A DNA stretch of 64,000 nucleotides from Takakia lepidozioides (Eukaryota; Plantae; Bryophyta), in NCBI GenBank assembly GCA_030704615.1, contig CM060734.1, positions 46,810,001 to 46,874,000 on the forward strand, given 5' to 3'. The notes under the pieces are model-generated. The model saw only the letters and a list, made by a program, of their open reading frames with translations, made no database searches and had not been told where the DNA came from. This document shows positions 1 to 11,816 of this stretch, one piece after another. A program made the translations under genes and the position numbers. Every line of letters starts with the position of its first letter. Position 1 is the first letter of the stretch.

Positions 1-363
1 CTGCAGTGTCTTGACATTCTACCTGTGGTACCTCCGACACAGGTGTGTGTATTATATGCACCTCAAGATTTCCCTTGGGCAACTGTTGCACCTCTGGAAT
101 CTCTGTCTCCTTGACCAGACCAGAATATTCATAGAGAAGGTCCCCCTTCTCAATTTCTGCCACTATCTGTTCTGTAGTTGGAATATCTAACCCTTCTTTT
201 TCCAATCAATTATTTCTGGTGGCACTTCATGGGCAACTTGTGGTAACCTTGTGACAAGCCGATAAGCTGGCTGTGATGGCTGTGATGCTGAAGTAACTTC
301 CTCTTCCCTCTCTGAAGGTCCTGCTTCCAGTAATAGCAGTTCTCTGTGCTGCTGTGCCCCTTC

Positions 364-3255
364 CTACACATGAGCTTGGGAAACATTATCATGCGGAATC
401 CGTGAAGCCAGTGGATCCGCCACTATAGTCTTTCCCCGTCTTTGCCTCTTAGTCTCGGGTTGCCCTGCTAATCCACCCTCACTGTGTGAAGAGCCTTGCT
501 CTTCCATTGCAGTGGTTTCTGGCTCAAACACTCCCATCTCCTTTCTTTCTTGCGCATCAAGTATGCCAGAATCAAGAATTATTTGAGCAATGATTGGGCC
601 AGACACTATGATAGGAGACTTTGCGGTAGTACCTTGTAATCTTTTCATCTCCTCTACCAGTGCATTGTACATTATGTCCGCCCATTCTACCTCTTGTCCT
701 TTCAAGGCTTTGAGTATTTCCTCCGTGAAGGATCTGCTCAAATACTGTTGGTTCTGTTTCATGGCAATCAGAACGTTCAATACCTGGCCTACCTCCTTTA
801 GCCCTGGGTACACGGCCTTGGTACAAGCATAACCCTGAGTTTTAAAGAAACTCCCTTCTTGGAATAAGTCCCCTATTTGCAGTCTTGCCCTGTGCTCCTC
901 CACATGCACCTGACCTGCTGGCAATCGAAACAATTGCTGGAGGTATAGGGGAGTAATTACTAATTCAACTCCCTTCACCGTTGTTGTTCCTGTCCTTGGC
1001 TCAAAGTTCTGCAAGAATTGTAACATGTACTGTCTATGGTGCAATGTCCAATCTATGCTTTGCAATCCTTGCAATCTCAGCTCCTTCAGTATCTGTATTG
1101 CCTGTGGGGTAGCAATCGTTTGTTTCTGCAGAATTGTGGTGCTCTTCACCCTGATTTCCTCCATTCCTCTCACTCTCTTCATTTTAGACCCACAGAAATA
1201 TTTTGGCTGTAACAACTGCAGAAATGCCTGTAGTGCACAAAGCATAAACGTATGGTTGCCACAAAAAGCTATGGGTAATTTCTTGTAAGCCTGCGGGGCT
1301 TGCAAGCATCGCCCAAGAGAAAAGCTCCGCTCTATTCTTTCGTGTCTATGCCACTGCGTAAGTAATATTGCGAGCGTATAGTCTGTTAGTTCCTCCATAG
1401 TTTCCAAGCTATAGCATTGATGGTCTGTCCCGTCGAGACGCCCGTTACTCAGAACGACGCCGCCTCTTGCGCTTAATTTCCCTCCAATTTCTTGATCCTT
1501 TCTCTGGCTTTCTATTGGCTGTAACCGCTGTGACTGGATTTTAGATTTCATTTTCTTTAGTGGACTTTCCCTGCTGGATAGTCCACTAGGATCACACATG
1601 TGACAAGAATTTCGCTTTTCTGTACTTGCCCTTTGTTCCGTTCCCCTTTTACCGTATTCATTAATGGGCCCGCCTTTCATCCAATTTGACGCGCTGATTA
1701 GGTATTTTGACGTCCATTCTTGTCTTCTTTCTTGATGACACCTGTTCTTGCACTTCCTTCTCAGCTGTGTGTCGCGCCCTGACTTCCACGTGTCTATTTT
1801 TAAACTGGTTTCCGTCTTTTCTTCCGTCAGCCATTTTCCTGAAGTTATTGTGCGCCCACCTGTCACTGATTCTATGGATCGTGTAATCCTAGTAGGCTGT
1901 GTTGAGCTGTGACAGGCTGTGTCATACTGTGGTACGCTGTGATAGGCTGTGACACGCGGTGGTAGGTTGTGATAGGCTGTGTTGCGCCGTGCTGGGCTGT
2001 GATAGGTTGTGTCACGTTGTGATGGACTGTGATAGGCTGTGTTTCGCGTTGATGGGCTGTGATAGGCTGTGTTTCGCCTTGATGGGCTGTGATAGGCTGT
2101 GTTTCGCCATGTTGGGCTGTGATAGGCTGTGTTTTGCCTTGATGGGCTGTGATAGGCCGTGTCACGTTGTGATGGACTGTGATAGGCTGTGTCACGCTTG
2201 TTCTGCCCGCCCTGGTCATATATGTTTGGCCTAACGACAAGTGCTCCATACTCCGTTGGTAACACTGGTGCAGCCCATGACTGCTCTTGCGTTTCAACAT
2301 GCAAATCATGCTGTAATGGTTTGTCATGGATACCACTGTATCCTTTCAACTTATTGGCATTGACTCTTCTCAGCATCTCTTTGTTAATGGTTTGTAACAT
2401 GGCAGTGTTGTTATCATACATCTTTTGTATGACATAAGGTCCTTTCCAGGGTGATTTAAGCTTAGAAGCTTTAATCTTTCCTTTCTTCTGCAACCATAGA
2501 ACCAAATCCCCCGTCTTAAAAGTCTTTAACTTGCCTTCATCAAATTGTTCCTTTCTCTTCATCTGAATTCTGGTCATATTATCAGCTGCATCAGCACGTA
2601 CTTCTTCCACATGGTATAATTCATGTTTCCTGACCTTAATGGAATCTTGCAATTCCATTCTCTTTCCCCACTCCGTTTTCATGGTAGGTAACAGGAATTC
2701 CACTGGAAGTAAGGCTTCCATACCATAAACTAATTGGAATGGTGTATACTTAGTGGTGACTTTATATGAAGTCATGTATGACCACAAAGCTGTCAGCAGC
2801 TTTGTATCCCAATCCGTTCTGTTTGCATTGACTATCTTAGCCAAGATAGTACATAGTATTTTGTTGGTAGCCTCTGCCTGCCCATTACCCTGTGGGTAAT
2901 ATGTTGTACTCTTTCTATGCACAATCATGAACTCTTTAGTCAACAACTCAATGGTCTCATTCATGAAGTGACTTCCCTGATCACTGATAAATTCTAAGGG
3001 ACAGCCAAATCGTGTAAGTATGTTCTCATACAGGAACCTTGTTGTGGACTTGGCTGAGTTGTCCCTCAAAGCTTTAGCTTCCACCCACTTCGTAGTATAA
3101 TCAGTGGCTGTAATTATGTACCTGTTCCGTGTATTCTTGGCTGGTGGGTTAATCGGTCCAACAAAGTCTAGTCCCCATTTCTGAAATGGTTCCGTAGGCA
3201 TTGTAGGATGCAAGGCCATCCTTCCAGATCTTGCAAAGGTCCTAGCCTCTGACAT
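364..3255 (-). CDS. Integrase core and GPY module fused in frame to a 10-aa tandem repeat and an extra plant-retrotransposon ORF
   Basis: 963-aa ORF with rve motifs, then (R/D)NTAYHSPSx repeats, then a helical domain; the frame continues past the TAG at 364-366 (HV*EGAQQHRELLL...) to the window edge. Confidence 0.85.
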   Translation of the reverse strand: MSEARTFARSGRMALHPTMPTEPFQKWGLDFVGPINPPAKNTRNRYIITATDYTTKWVEAKALRDNSAKSTTRFLYENILTRFGCPLEFISDQGSHFMNETIELLTKEFMIVHRKSTTYYPQGNGQAEATNKILCTILAKIVNANRTDWDTKLLTALWSYMTSYKVTTKYTPFQLVYGMEALLPVEFLLPTMKTEWGKRMELQDSIKVRKHELYHVEEVRADAADNMTRIQMKRKEQFDEGKLKTFKTGDLVLWLQKKGKIKASKLKSPWKGPYVIQKMYDNNTAMLQTINKEMLRRVNANKLKGYSGIHDKPLQHDLHVETQEQSWAAPVLPTEYGALVVRPNIYDQGGQNKRDTAYHSPSQRDTAYHSPSRQNTAYHSPTWRNTAYHSPSRRNTAYHSPSTRNTAYHSPSQRDTTYHSPARRNTAYHNLPPRVTAYHSVPQYDTACHSSTQPTRITRSIESVTGGRTITSGKWLTEEKTETSLKIDTWKSGRDTQLRRKCKNRCHQERRQEWTSKYLISASNWMKGGPINEYGKRGTEQRASTEKRNSCHMCDPSGLSSRESPLKKMKSKIQSQRLQPIESQRKDQEIGGKLSARGGVVLSNGRLDGTDHQCYSLETMEELTDYTLAILLTQWHRHERIERSFSLGRCLQAPQAYKKLPIAFCGNHTFMLCALQAFLQLLQPKYFCGSKMKRVRGMEEIRVKSTTILQKQTIATPQAIQILKELRLQGLQSIDWTLHHRQYMLQFLQNFEPRTGTTTVKGVELVITPLYLQQLFRLPAGQVHVEEHRARLQIGDLFQEGSFFKTQGYACTKAVYPGLKEVGQVLNVLIAMKQNQQYLSRSFTEEILKALKGQEVEWADIMYNALVEEMKRLQGTTAKSPIIVSGPIIAQIILDSGILDAQERKEMGVFEPETTAMEEQGSSHSEGGLAGQPETKRQRRGKTIVADPLASRIPHDNVSQAHV
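1890..2200. repeat. 30-bp tandem array (~10 copies, 10-bp subperiod) inside the integrase-tail ORF
   Basis: Unit GTTTCGCCTTGATGGGCTGTGATAGGCTGT repeated; encodes RNTAYHSPSx. Confidence 0.95.
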
Positions 3256-4801
3256 TCATCACAACTCTGACAATACTCGTGTACATCTTTGAACAAAGTA
3301 GGCCACCAGTAATCTGCGAGTAGTATCTTTCTACTGGTAGTCTCTTCTCCAAAGTGACCTCCAGCCACTCCTTTATGAACTTCCTCCAAAACTTTATTTA
3401 CTTCATGGTGGTACAAGCATCGTTTTAGTACTCCATCAGGTCCTAGCTTATACATTCTGCTTCCTACCATAGTATAAGGTAAAGCTTTGATAGCGATTCT
3501 CTTCCTCTGCTCCTTACCATAACTAGGTGGGCACTGACCATGAGCAAGGTAGTATCTGATTGGCCACTGCCAATCTAACCAGTCATCTGCACTTCCCTCC
3601 ACCTCCACTGCAAATAGACTCGCATCTGGTAATTGATCATCTATTCCTGTGGCTGGTTCTCCTGTTGATAACCGTGACAAGTGATCCGCCACAAGATGCA
3701 GTCTCCCAGGCTTGTAAACAACCTCAAACTCGTGCAAGATTATCAACCATCTTGCTATTATTCCGCTTATCAGAGGTTTATTTACCAGGTATATCATAGC
3801 CTGGTGATCCACATAGAACATAAACTTCTTGCCCAACAGGTAATGCCTGAATTTCTTCACTGCATAGATCATTGCCAATGTTTCTCTTTCCGTTGTGCTA
3901 TAGTTCCTTTCAGCACTGTTCATCAACCTGCTAGCATAGTACACAGGTGAATCTATATTTCCTGTAACATTCTGGGCTAACACCGCTCCCAACGCTTCTC
4001 CTGATGCATCGCAGTGAACATGAAATACTACATACCAGTGAGGGTTAATCAGCACAGGTGTAGTTGTTACTGACAGGGTAAGTTCCTCAAACGCCTGCTG
4101 ACATTTAGCTGTCCAGGCAAACACTGCATCTTTCTTCAGAAGCTTGCTTAATGGTGCTGCTATTTGTGCATACCTTTTGACAAATCTTCTGTAATAACTG
4201 GTTTGCCCAAGGAATCTCCTTAGACTTTTAACATTCACTGGTGGTGGAGAGGCTTTAATGGACTCTGTCTTTCTGGGATCCACAAGAAGTCCCTTCTTAC
4301 ACACAATGTGTCCCAGAAGCACCCCTGAGTTCACACAGAAAGTACACTTCTCTGGATTCAGGCCCAGACCTCTCATCCTGCATCTGGCCAGACATAACTC
4401 CAATTTATGTAAGTGCTCATTCTTAGAGTTGTACACACTGAAATCATCCAAGAACACTTGCATGAAATCATCCAGATACTCATGAAAAGATTCACTTATC
4501 ACTCTCTGAAAGGTCGCTGGTGCATTACAAAGTCCACAGGGCATGACTTTGTATGCATAAGCCCCCAGTCTGTGATGAAAGCTATTTTTCCTTGGTCTTC
4601 TTCTGCCACTTGCACTTGATTATAACCACTGAAGCCATCCATGAATGAGTACATCTCATGGCCTGCCACAGTGTCTAATACTGCTTCTGTGAATGGCAAA
4701 GGGAAAGGATCCTTCTTCGTACAAGCATTCAGCTTCTTGTAGTTCACACAAACTCTTAGTTTACCATTCTTTTGGGAACTATCACAATGGGTGACAACCA
4801 A
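3168..4801 (-). pseudogene. Gypsy reverse transcriptase, RNase H and integrase Zn finger (frameshifted)
   Basis: LRVCVNYKKLN, DPFPLP, FMDGFSGYNQ, MPCGLCNAPATFQR, VFLDDF, CDAS, GGHFG, CDECQR. Confidence 0.93.
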
Positions 4802-5877
4802 GTTGTATACTCTATTGGATATATAAACTTAGCCTCAGCCAACTTCTTGATCTCTTCTCCAACCTTCTGTGCGTAGTTGGGATTCATTCTGTACCTCGCC
4901 TGTTTGATTGGTACTGACCCTGGTTCCAGTTCAATCTTATGCTGACAGACTTCAGGTGGTATCCCTTTTAAATCCTCATAGCTCCAAGCAAATACATCTT
5001 TGTATTTGATGAACAAGCTTTTAGCTTCTTCAAAGAATTCCGGCTCCAAATCAGCTCCTACTTTCACCATCCTCGGTTCATCTTTAGTTCCCACATTCAC
5101 TTCCCTCACCTGCTCATCAGCTGTGATTGTCCAACCAGTCACCACTTCATCCTGTAAGCTCACAGTGGCTGGTTCCTCTAGGATTTCCATTTCTCCTTCT
5201 CTTTCTTCATAGAAATGTGATGGGTAACTGCTGGTTTCCTCTTCAGTTGGTGTTGATGTCACTACACCACAGCAGATACCTCTTAAACAACTTAGGCTTT
5301 CCAGCCGCATCTCTGCAACCTGCTCCCACTCTGGGTGTGCAGCAAATAGGGTAGCTTCCTGCTCCTCATCCAGTCCTCCTCTCCAGTCATACTCTCTGAC
5401 TCCTCGAGGTCTTCTTGTAGCATGTAATCTACTAGATTTCTTTGTGGTAATTTGTATCTCGTGTATCCCATTATGCACGGTTAGTAACTGAGAATTCCAG
5501 TCATGGAATACCCTGGCATGTTTCGGCCACGGACGTCCCAATAATAAGGAGTAAGCCTCCATGACTTCATCCATCTTCAACACAGTTACTGTGATCATAA
5601 AGATCATCTTCTGTATCTGTATCTTAACTCCTCTTATCAATCCCAATGGCTGTACACTTCTTTGATCTGCCATTGTTACTGTAAATGGGGCTGGTTTCAT
5701 GTTACTTAGACCAAGCTTCTTCCTTAATTGGTCTCTCATGATATTTACTCCAGAGCCTCCATCTATCAGTACATCAGTTAGTTCTGTGCTTCCAATTCTC
5801 AATTGGATTACTGGCATAGAATCATCAAAGTCCATGACTGTTTCTCGCCCTTCCGGCTTCACATTATAACTGGTCAC
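4756..5877 (-). CDS. Retropepsin-like aspartic protease and RT N-terminus
   Basis: VLIDGGSGVNIM, LLLGRPW, DVFAWSYEDLKGIPP. Confidence 0.9.
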   Translation of the reverse strand: MTSYNVKPEGRETVMDFDDSMPVIQLRIGSTELTDVLIDGGSGVNIMRDQLRKKLGLSNMKPAPFTVTMADQRSVQPLGLIRGVKIQIQKMIFMITVTVLKMDEVMEAYSLLLGRPWPKHARVFHDWNSQLLTVHNGIHEIQITTKKSSRLHATRRPRGVREYDWRGGLDEEQEATLFAAHPEWEQVAEMRLESLSCLRGICCGVVTSTPTEEETSSYPSHFYEEREGEMEILEEPATVSLQDEVVTGWTITADEQVREVNVGTKDEPRMVKVGADLEPEFFEEAKSLFIKYKDVFAWSYEDLKGIPPEVCQHKIELEPGSVPIKQARYRMNPNYAQKVGEEIKKLAEAKFIYPIEYTTWLSPIVIVPKRMVN

Positions 5878-5916
5878 CTTGCTGTTCAGGTCTGTGTTTC
5901 CTGTCTCCTGGGCAAT

Positions 5917-7608
5917 TCAATTGATTGCTTGATACAGCCTGTGCCTACAATAAGGTGCCACAGCCAATAGCTGTCCAATGGTAATTTCTGCTTTGGTCTG
6001 GCATATTACTTCAGCCAAAGTCTCTTCATTACTTTGCATGTCTGCATCTTCTTTCTTTTTTTCATCCTCACTCCCTTCTTCTTCTCCATCAGAATCAGAG
6101 GAATCTGCCACAGGAATATCAGTACTCTTCTGCATTTCCCTTATAGTATCTGCCACTTCCTTGTGCAGTTCCTTCTCATCTTTCCAAGTCTCTTCATCTT
6201 CAGGCATATCATTGCCACCTTCATTATCATCTTCTTCCTCTACTACTGGAGGTACACTCCCTGTCCCCCCAGAGCCAGATCCAGGCCGCCCGCCTGATCC
6301 TCCTGAGCCGACACCTTCATTGGTATGTGATCCAAGTGCTCCACTTGATCCAGGTCCAACGGGTTGGGATGTCCTGGTTGTAGTCTCAACCTCAGCTGTT
6401 GGGTCTACTTCTTCATATTCTTCCTCTTCCAATTTCTTCTCTCTGTTTTCATCCTCCAAGTTCTGCCCTTGGGTTTCTTCTTCACTCATGTAACTCAACT
6501 GTAATGGTGTTGGATCTGCCACATCCTCTTCTCCTTCTTCACCTTCCGCTTCAGAAACTGGAGTTCCTGCTTTTGGTGTTCCATGCCAACTCTTATCAAA
6601 GATTTCTATCAAATCTTTTATCCAGGGATGTACCTCAGATCTTTCACCTCGTGATTGATCTTCTTCTTGTACCAATTCCCTTAATCTTTCTTGCAAAGAA
6701 ACAGAAGGAGTGGCATCCAACTCTAGTTCTTCCGGTATGGGTGATGTACTCTTTGATCTTAATGGTGTGAGAGGTCCAGATGATTCCCCTATGTCTATTC
6801 CTCTCTCCCAAAGATATGGATAATTAGCTTTCAGATAGCTTTCTCTTTTTGCTGAATATCTCTGGCGTCTAGCTTCTCTTTCATCACTCATGTCCCATGT
6901 CTTTCATTTCTTTTTAATGTGGCAATAACCAAAACTCTCTTCTGTAATATCTCTCGTATATGCCTGGGTTTCTTTCAAGCTTCAATGCACCCTTGGCTAT
7001 ACTTGAAGTCTCCGTTACCATATAACCATATGGCAAACAAGTCTGGAAAGCTGTTCTTGGTGTGAGTTTGATCCACAAAATATCCTTTGGAATCCAATTC
7101 TTTACCAGTACAAGCTCTTCATGCATATGAGTATAAACATTCACTTTTCTTTCTTCCCAGCCTTCAAACTCTACTCGCTTAATGGATAGCAATGCTATCA
7201 CATATACCAACGTTGGTAACCACGTGCTCTTCCTCTACAGGCTACCTGATAAATCTTTATCACTCCTTTCTCCAGACCCCATTCCGGATCAGCATCATGC
7301 ACTCGCTTAAGAATATTTTCTTTACAACCGTCTGGCAATTCCAAGAACCTTTGAAAGAATTGTTTGGACAATCTTTCTTCCTTCGTTCCACAGGGAATTT
7401 GATTCACTTCAAATTCTTTAATGGTCCAACCACCATGATCCCACCAGATGCCTGTCACATCTGGTTGTTCATGACTCAGTTCCCCAGTATGGTCGCCAAA
7501 TGTCGCGCGGCTTTTACTCACCCATCCCTTCGCTATCCGAGGCGGAAACTCCAAGATAGAAGAGTTGGAAATCTCTAAGTACTCAGCCCGCTCAGAACAA
7601 TCAGTCAT
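5917..7608 (-). pseudogene. Gag-like region, fragmented, with acidic low-complexity segment
   Basis: Lies upstream of the protease; broken ORFs 7198-7608, 6914-7210 and 5917-6891; ITIGQLLAVAPYCR motif typical of the region before gypsy proteases. Confidence 0.55.
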
Positions 7609-7621
7609 GACCTACAGCTAG

Positions 7622-8366
7622 TGTATCATGGGGGTGTTTCCTATTTGTTTCCCTTTCCACATTCATGTTAGCTACCTTACCATTGATAATTAAGTATCAA
7701 TTTGCTTCATCAATCTATCGGATTCCTTCAACTCATCCATTCATTCCACAGCTTCACTCAGATCTCTCTACACAGTGTGATTGTATTGTATAAGTATCAG
7801 ATTATGATTTATCAGGTATCAGGCCGAAGCCATTGTATCTCTAATCTGCTTTACAATATCACTACAGCTTTGCATATAACAAACATCTGCTAATCATCTC
7901 TCCTCCTTCACCGTGCTCTCCATGCTTGCTTCCGTTCTTGCTCTCCGCCCGATCCCCTCTCTTCCCTGACCAAGAAGTCCTTCCCCTGACGTGCTTCCAA
8001 GAATAATCCCCCTTCTCAGTCCTTGCTTCTCCCTTTATCTTCCTACCCGTGGCTCGAACCGTTTCCCTCACTAACCGTCGTCCGTGAACTAACATGTTCC
8101 ATTTGCAGGTGTTGTTCCCCACAGTCGTTCCCTGTCCTGCTCTCCGTTCCCTATGGTCGTGACAGCTGTGTCAAGCTGTGACTGGCTGTGTGAAACTGTG
8201 ACGGGCTGTGACTGGCTATGCGACTGTGTTTGGCTGTGTGAAACTGTGACGGGCTGTGACTGGCTATGCGACTGTGTTTGGCTGTGTTGGCTGTGTTGGT
8301 TGTGTCGGCTGTGACGACTGTGACGGGCTGTGTTGGCTGTGATGGACTGTGTAACCCCCTTTTACA
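7622..8366 (-). repeat. Putative 5' LTR (~745 bp)
   Basis: On the minus strand it begins TGTAAAAGGGGG and ends CCCCCATGATACA (TG..CA, imperfect inverted termini); the gag-like ORF starts 14 bp downstream; the partner LTR is not in the window. Confidence 0.5.
8160..8350. repeat. GGCTGTG-based ~10-bp tandem array with a 48-bp duplication, inside the putative LTR
   Basis: Repeated ggctgtgt/ggctgtga; the same motif family as 1890-2200. Confidence 0.9.
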
Positions 8367-8471
8367 GTGTGCTGCTGTCACCCCTAAGGCTCCTGTTGAT
8401 CTCAGTCTGTGCAAAAATTAAGGGTACCCTACAGATCCCGTATAAGTGCCTAAGTCCCAGACAGTCCTCTA

Positions 8472-8502
8472 ACAGGCGACCGCCATTGTGGCGGTCGCCT
8501 GT
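8472..8502. repeat. Perfect 14-bp-stem hairpin
   Basis: ACAGGCGACCGCCA-TTG-TGGCGGTCGCCTGT. Confidence 0.9.
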
Positions 8503-8578
8503 CTTGCGACCCTTTCCTGCCCTCTTAAAGTGTAGTGTATTAATTGGAAGAGGGCAATGGCTGTGGGCTTGGGGCGCT

Positions 8579-8600
8579 TATAAAGGAGGGTAGGCCCCTC
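8579..8600 (+). promoter_or_regulatory. TATA-box motif upstream of the RING gene
   Basis: TATAAAGGAGGGTAGGCCCCTC; mirrored at 13695-13714 on the minus strand. Confidence 0.45.
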
Positions 8601-8970
8601 TTCACTTTCACTCCAAGCTCAACTTTGTTGCCCTCGGATGCGTGGCATTCGTGGAAGAGAGTTGGCTAGGAGGGGCCCATGGAAAGGGGTCATGAAGTTT
8701 TGCCTTTTCTTCCATAGAAACTGCTGGTAAACCTTTGAACCATTTTCATTGGATTTAAACTATTTTTCAAATGTTGCATTGTGTAGTTGAAGAGATGCAA
8801 GTAGTGAAAAGGGGAGACAAATGGGTCGAGCCTCCTCAGTGTCGACATAGGTACGACATATGTAAATATATTTCGTAAGTATGATCATGGTGGTGGTAGT
8901 CACAAATGATCACTACAGAGTATTGTTTTGGTTCTCTGCAGGGCGATTTGCAAGCCAATATTGAAGGGTT

Positions 8971-11477
8971 GTGAATACAAGCATGCATGACATTCCCCGC
9001 AAAATGACTGAAGGAAGCGAAGATGGGCGTCCCGTACCCCAACATATTGGACCTGAGCAGGCAAGCAACAAATCTTATTGCAAAGGTGTAAGGCAACAAT
9101 TGAACAGCGAAATTTCACAAAATTGGGATGTTCTGGCAGAAGAGGGTTGGGAGGACTTTCCTTTGAATTGCAAGTGGACATGGTTTCGATGCACAAAATA
9201 CATGAAAAATGCATCATATAAACCGTTTGTGGCCTTTGGAAAGACATGTGGTGCAAACGAGGCAAAATTGTTTGGAATTTGCTTCCTGCATAGACGAATA
9301 TTTTCGGCATAGAGCACGTGAGGTGAGCCTTAAATTGTGGGGCGAGGAGTTGTACAAAAACCAAATTAACTACACCTTAGCAGCTATGGTGTATGTAGAG
9401 CTTGTTTTGCACAGAGTTGTGGACTGGCAAACCGCAACAAAGAGGAAGAAGCCGAAAGTATGGCCTGGTAGTGACATTCCCGACACTTTTGTGCAACAGC
9501 TTCAACCCACAGAGCAAGTGCAGGGTAAGTCTGCATTGTTGGAGCATGAGGCTTCAATGCTCGAATCAATGCAACCAAGTCTCATGAAAGAACTGGCCAC
9601 ACGAGACCGTCGAATCAAAGAATTGGAGGAGCTCGTTGAAAAGCAGAGGAAACAAATATTGGACTTGCAAATGAAAGTGGAATCAACTTGCCATTCCGTC
9701 GATGTTCATAATTGTACCGCACCAGTCATCCATAGAACCGCCAACTATGAACAGATGCATACTGAAGGGAGCCAAGGGGTAGGAGAAACGGTCATGGCAG
9801 ATTCCGAAGCCGGGCCGATACCCGGGTATATGAAATACATTGTGCCAAAGGAACAACAAATTGTGAATGAAAGAAGTCGGAAAGGGAAAGAGGTCATGCT
9901 TGAATCTGGAGAATGTTCGAGGACAACCGTTCACACTGATTATTTTGGTGAATTGTATGAGGTGGTTAGGGAGCGGGATACTGCTAGGGCGGTTGCCTCC
10001 CGTTCGGCGCACGATATAGACATTCGAAGGTATGTACCAGGGGTTGAGCACTGGGAAAATTGGGTGTGGTTTGGAAAAAAATTGGCTTCACGAGTAAGAG
10101 AAACGGAGTGGGCGTTGTCTCAACTACAAAAGATTGCAGGTATGCCAGGCAGCCTTTATCGGGACAACATTACCGCTAACTTGGAGAGGTATAACAATTA
10201 TTTCGCAAGAAGGAGAACTTGCAGTTCACTGGGTTCACCCTCTGGGCTGATGTAGAAAAAATGTTTAACCGTTGTTCGCACACAATTTCTAATACCAACA
10301 TGAGCATTAACTGGGAACTGGAGATTGAGGAAGAGTGGGATACGAGGCCACAAAAATCAGCCTATGTGAAACTCAATGATTGTACGGATATACCACAAAA
10401 CCCTGTGCCTTCATTCATCACAGATGGATCAGTATGCACGATTTGTGAAAACCCCTTTGGACCAGAGGGAGCACACATGCTTGGGTCTTGCGGGCATTTC
10501 TTCCACAACACATGTCTTGTAACATCTGCCCTTACTCGGAGTGCATGCCCAGAGTGCCATACGCCAATCCATCGTCGATACTATGAATTGTATGGCTTGG
10601 AGGAGATCATGCCAATAGGGTACGAATACAACAGACACAACTTGCCAATGGACCAAGAGCATTTCTCGTTTCTCAATTTGCGGCATTGGGGTGAAGTCAT
10701 GTTGTGGAATCCATATACAAGGATGCATGACCTACTTGCGGAGGATACAAGCAGAGAGTTCAACATAGATACATTCTGGGTCACATAAACTGGGAAATCA
10801 CGAAACGTGTGCGATGCATACCCAATGCTGAAGAAAGAGAACTATTTTGCCAGCATTTTGGAGGACATTGGAGTGAAAGAAAAGGTAGGTTCTTCCGAAT
10901 GCCAGAGTCTCCTGTGACAGGGGTGAATATGGAGAAATACGACAAACAACCACTTGGGAGGATGTCATTTCAAGTCACAATGGAAAGAGCATCCACATAA
11001 TATCTACACCTCCTCGACGCATACAATGTCAATAGTACAGATGAAGAGGAGGAGGATGCAAAAGCGAGAGAGATGATGGATGAATATAAATCAACAATCA
11101 ATTCAATGTTGAAGAACTGGAACATATTAGTGGATGCCCAGTTGCGTTGTCTTTTTTATTGGCATTTGGCGGATGGCCCAACAATAATTGCAGAATTGGA
11201 TGCAGCCTTTGGTTTAAACAACAATGTTGCTTGCAACTTACCTTCACCAACACGGCGCCAAAATCAACGTGCCGAAGAATTTACAGAAGCACATTCATCT
11301 GTGACACAACGGTTGATGGTAAGGGTGGAATATGCTGAACATTTGCTAAGACTGGGACCCCCCCCCCCCCAATACTCGATCAATGGCAAGACTTACAGGC
11401 CGCACCGTGAACCTCAGTATCAACATGCCATCTGCACCAGTAATTGGTGTACATCCATTAAAAGATGGTTGGAGTAA
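8971..11477 (+). pseudogene. Apparently intronless coiled-coil plus RING-H2 protein (putative E3 ligase), frameshifted
   Basis: Consecutive ORFs 8971-9312, 9209-10255, 10219-10788, 10809-11000 and 11073-11477; CTIC...CGHFFHNTC...CPEC gives C3H2C3 spacing; heptads LATRDRRIKELEELVEKQRKQILDLQ. Confidence 0.8.
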
Positions 11478-11816
11478 AACCCGTATGCATATATAGGATG
11501 AGTAGCTGCCAAGTTAATCTTCCATGAATTTCTTTGATCTTCATGAAGTGCAACCGCCACTTTTGAATGTATATGAAATTTGGGAATTTTGTCACTTGTC
11601 AATTGTCAAATTTCAATGGAATCATGAATGCAATGAAAAAAAATATGTTTCACATCATATATGAATCATTTCATGGCCACAAGAAACTTGAAAATCATCT
11701 CAATGCGCAATTTCAAAATGTTATAGTGCTTATATAACCTAGCGAGAAAATTGGGTACAATCTAGTAGTAACTCCATGAACCATCATGCTATACCATACG
11801 GCGCTTGTAAAATTGC

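Larger units (their letters stand above)
1..8366 (-). mobile_element. Ty3/gypsy LTR retrotransposon (non-chromovirus, Phygy/OTA-like), degenerate; 3' part runs off the window
   Basis: Minus-strand order gag-like, protease (LIDGGSGVN), RT (FMDGFSGYNQ, FLDD), RNase H (CDAS, YSTTERE), integrase (HxxxxGGH, CDECQR, WGLDFVGP, SDQGSHF, GQAE, GPY); frameshifts at about 4780, 4520 and 3230. Confidence 0.95.

Noticed and set aside
1872-2336. Alternative-frame ORFs (TQPITAHQ and GCDRLC repeats)
   Set aside because: By-products of the stop-free 30-bp tandem repeat
8395-8474. 80-bp TGTT..AACA segment as the gypsy LTR
   Set aside because: Too short, no PBS, and far from gag; 7622-8366 fits better
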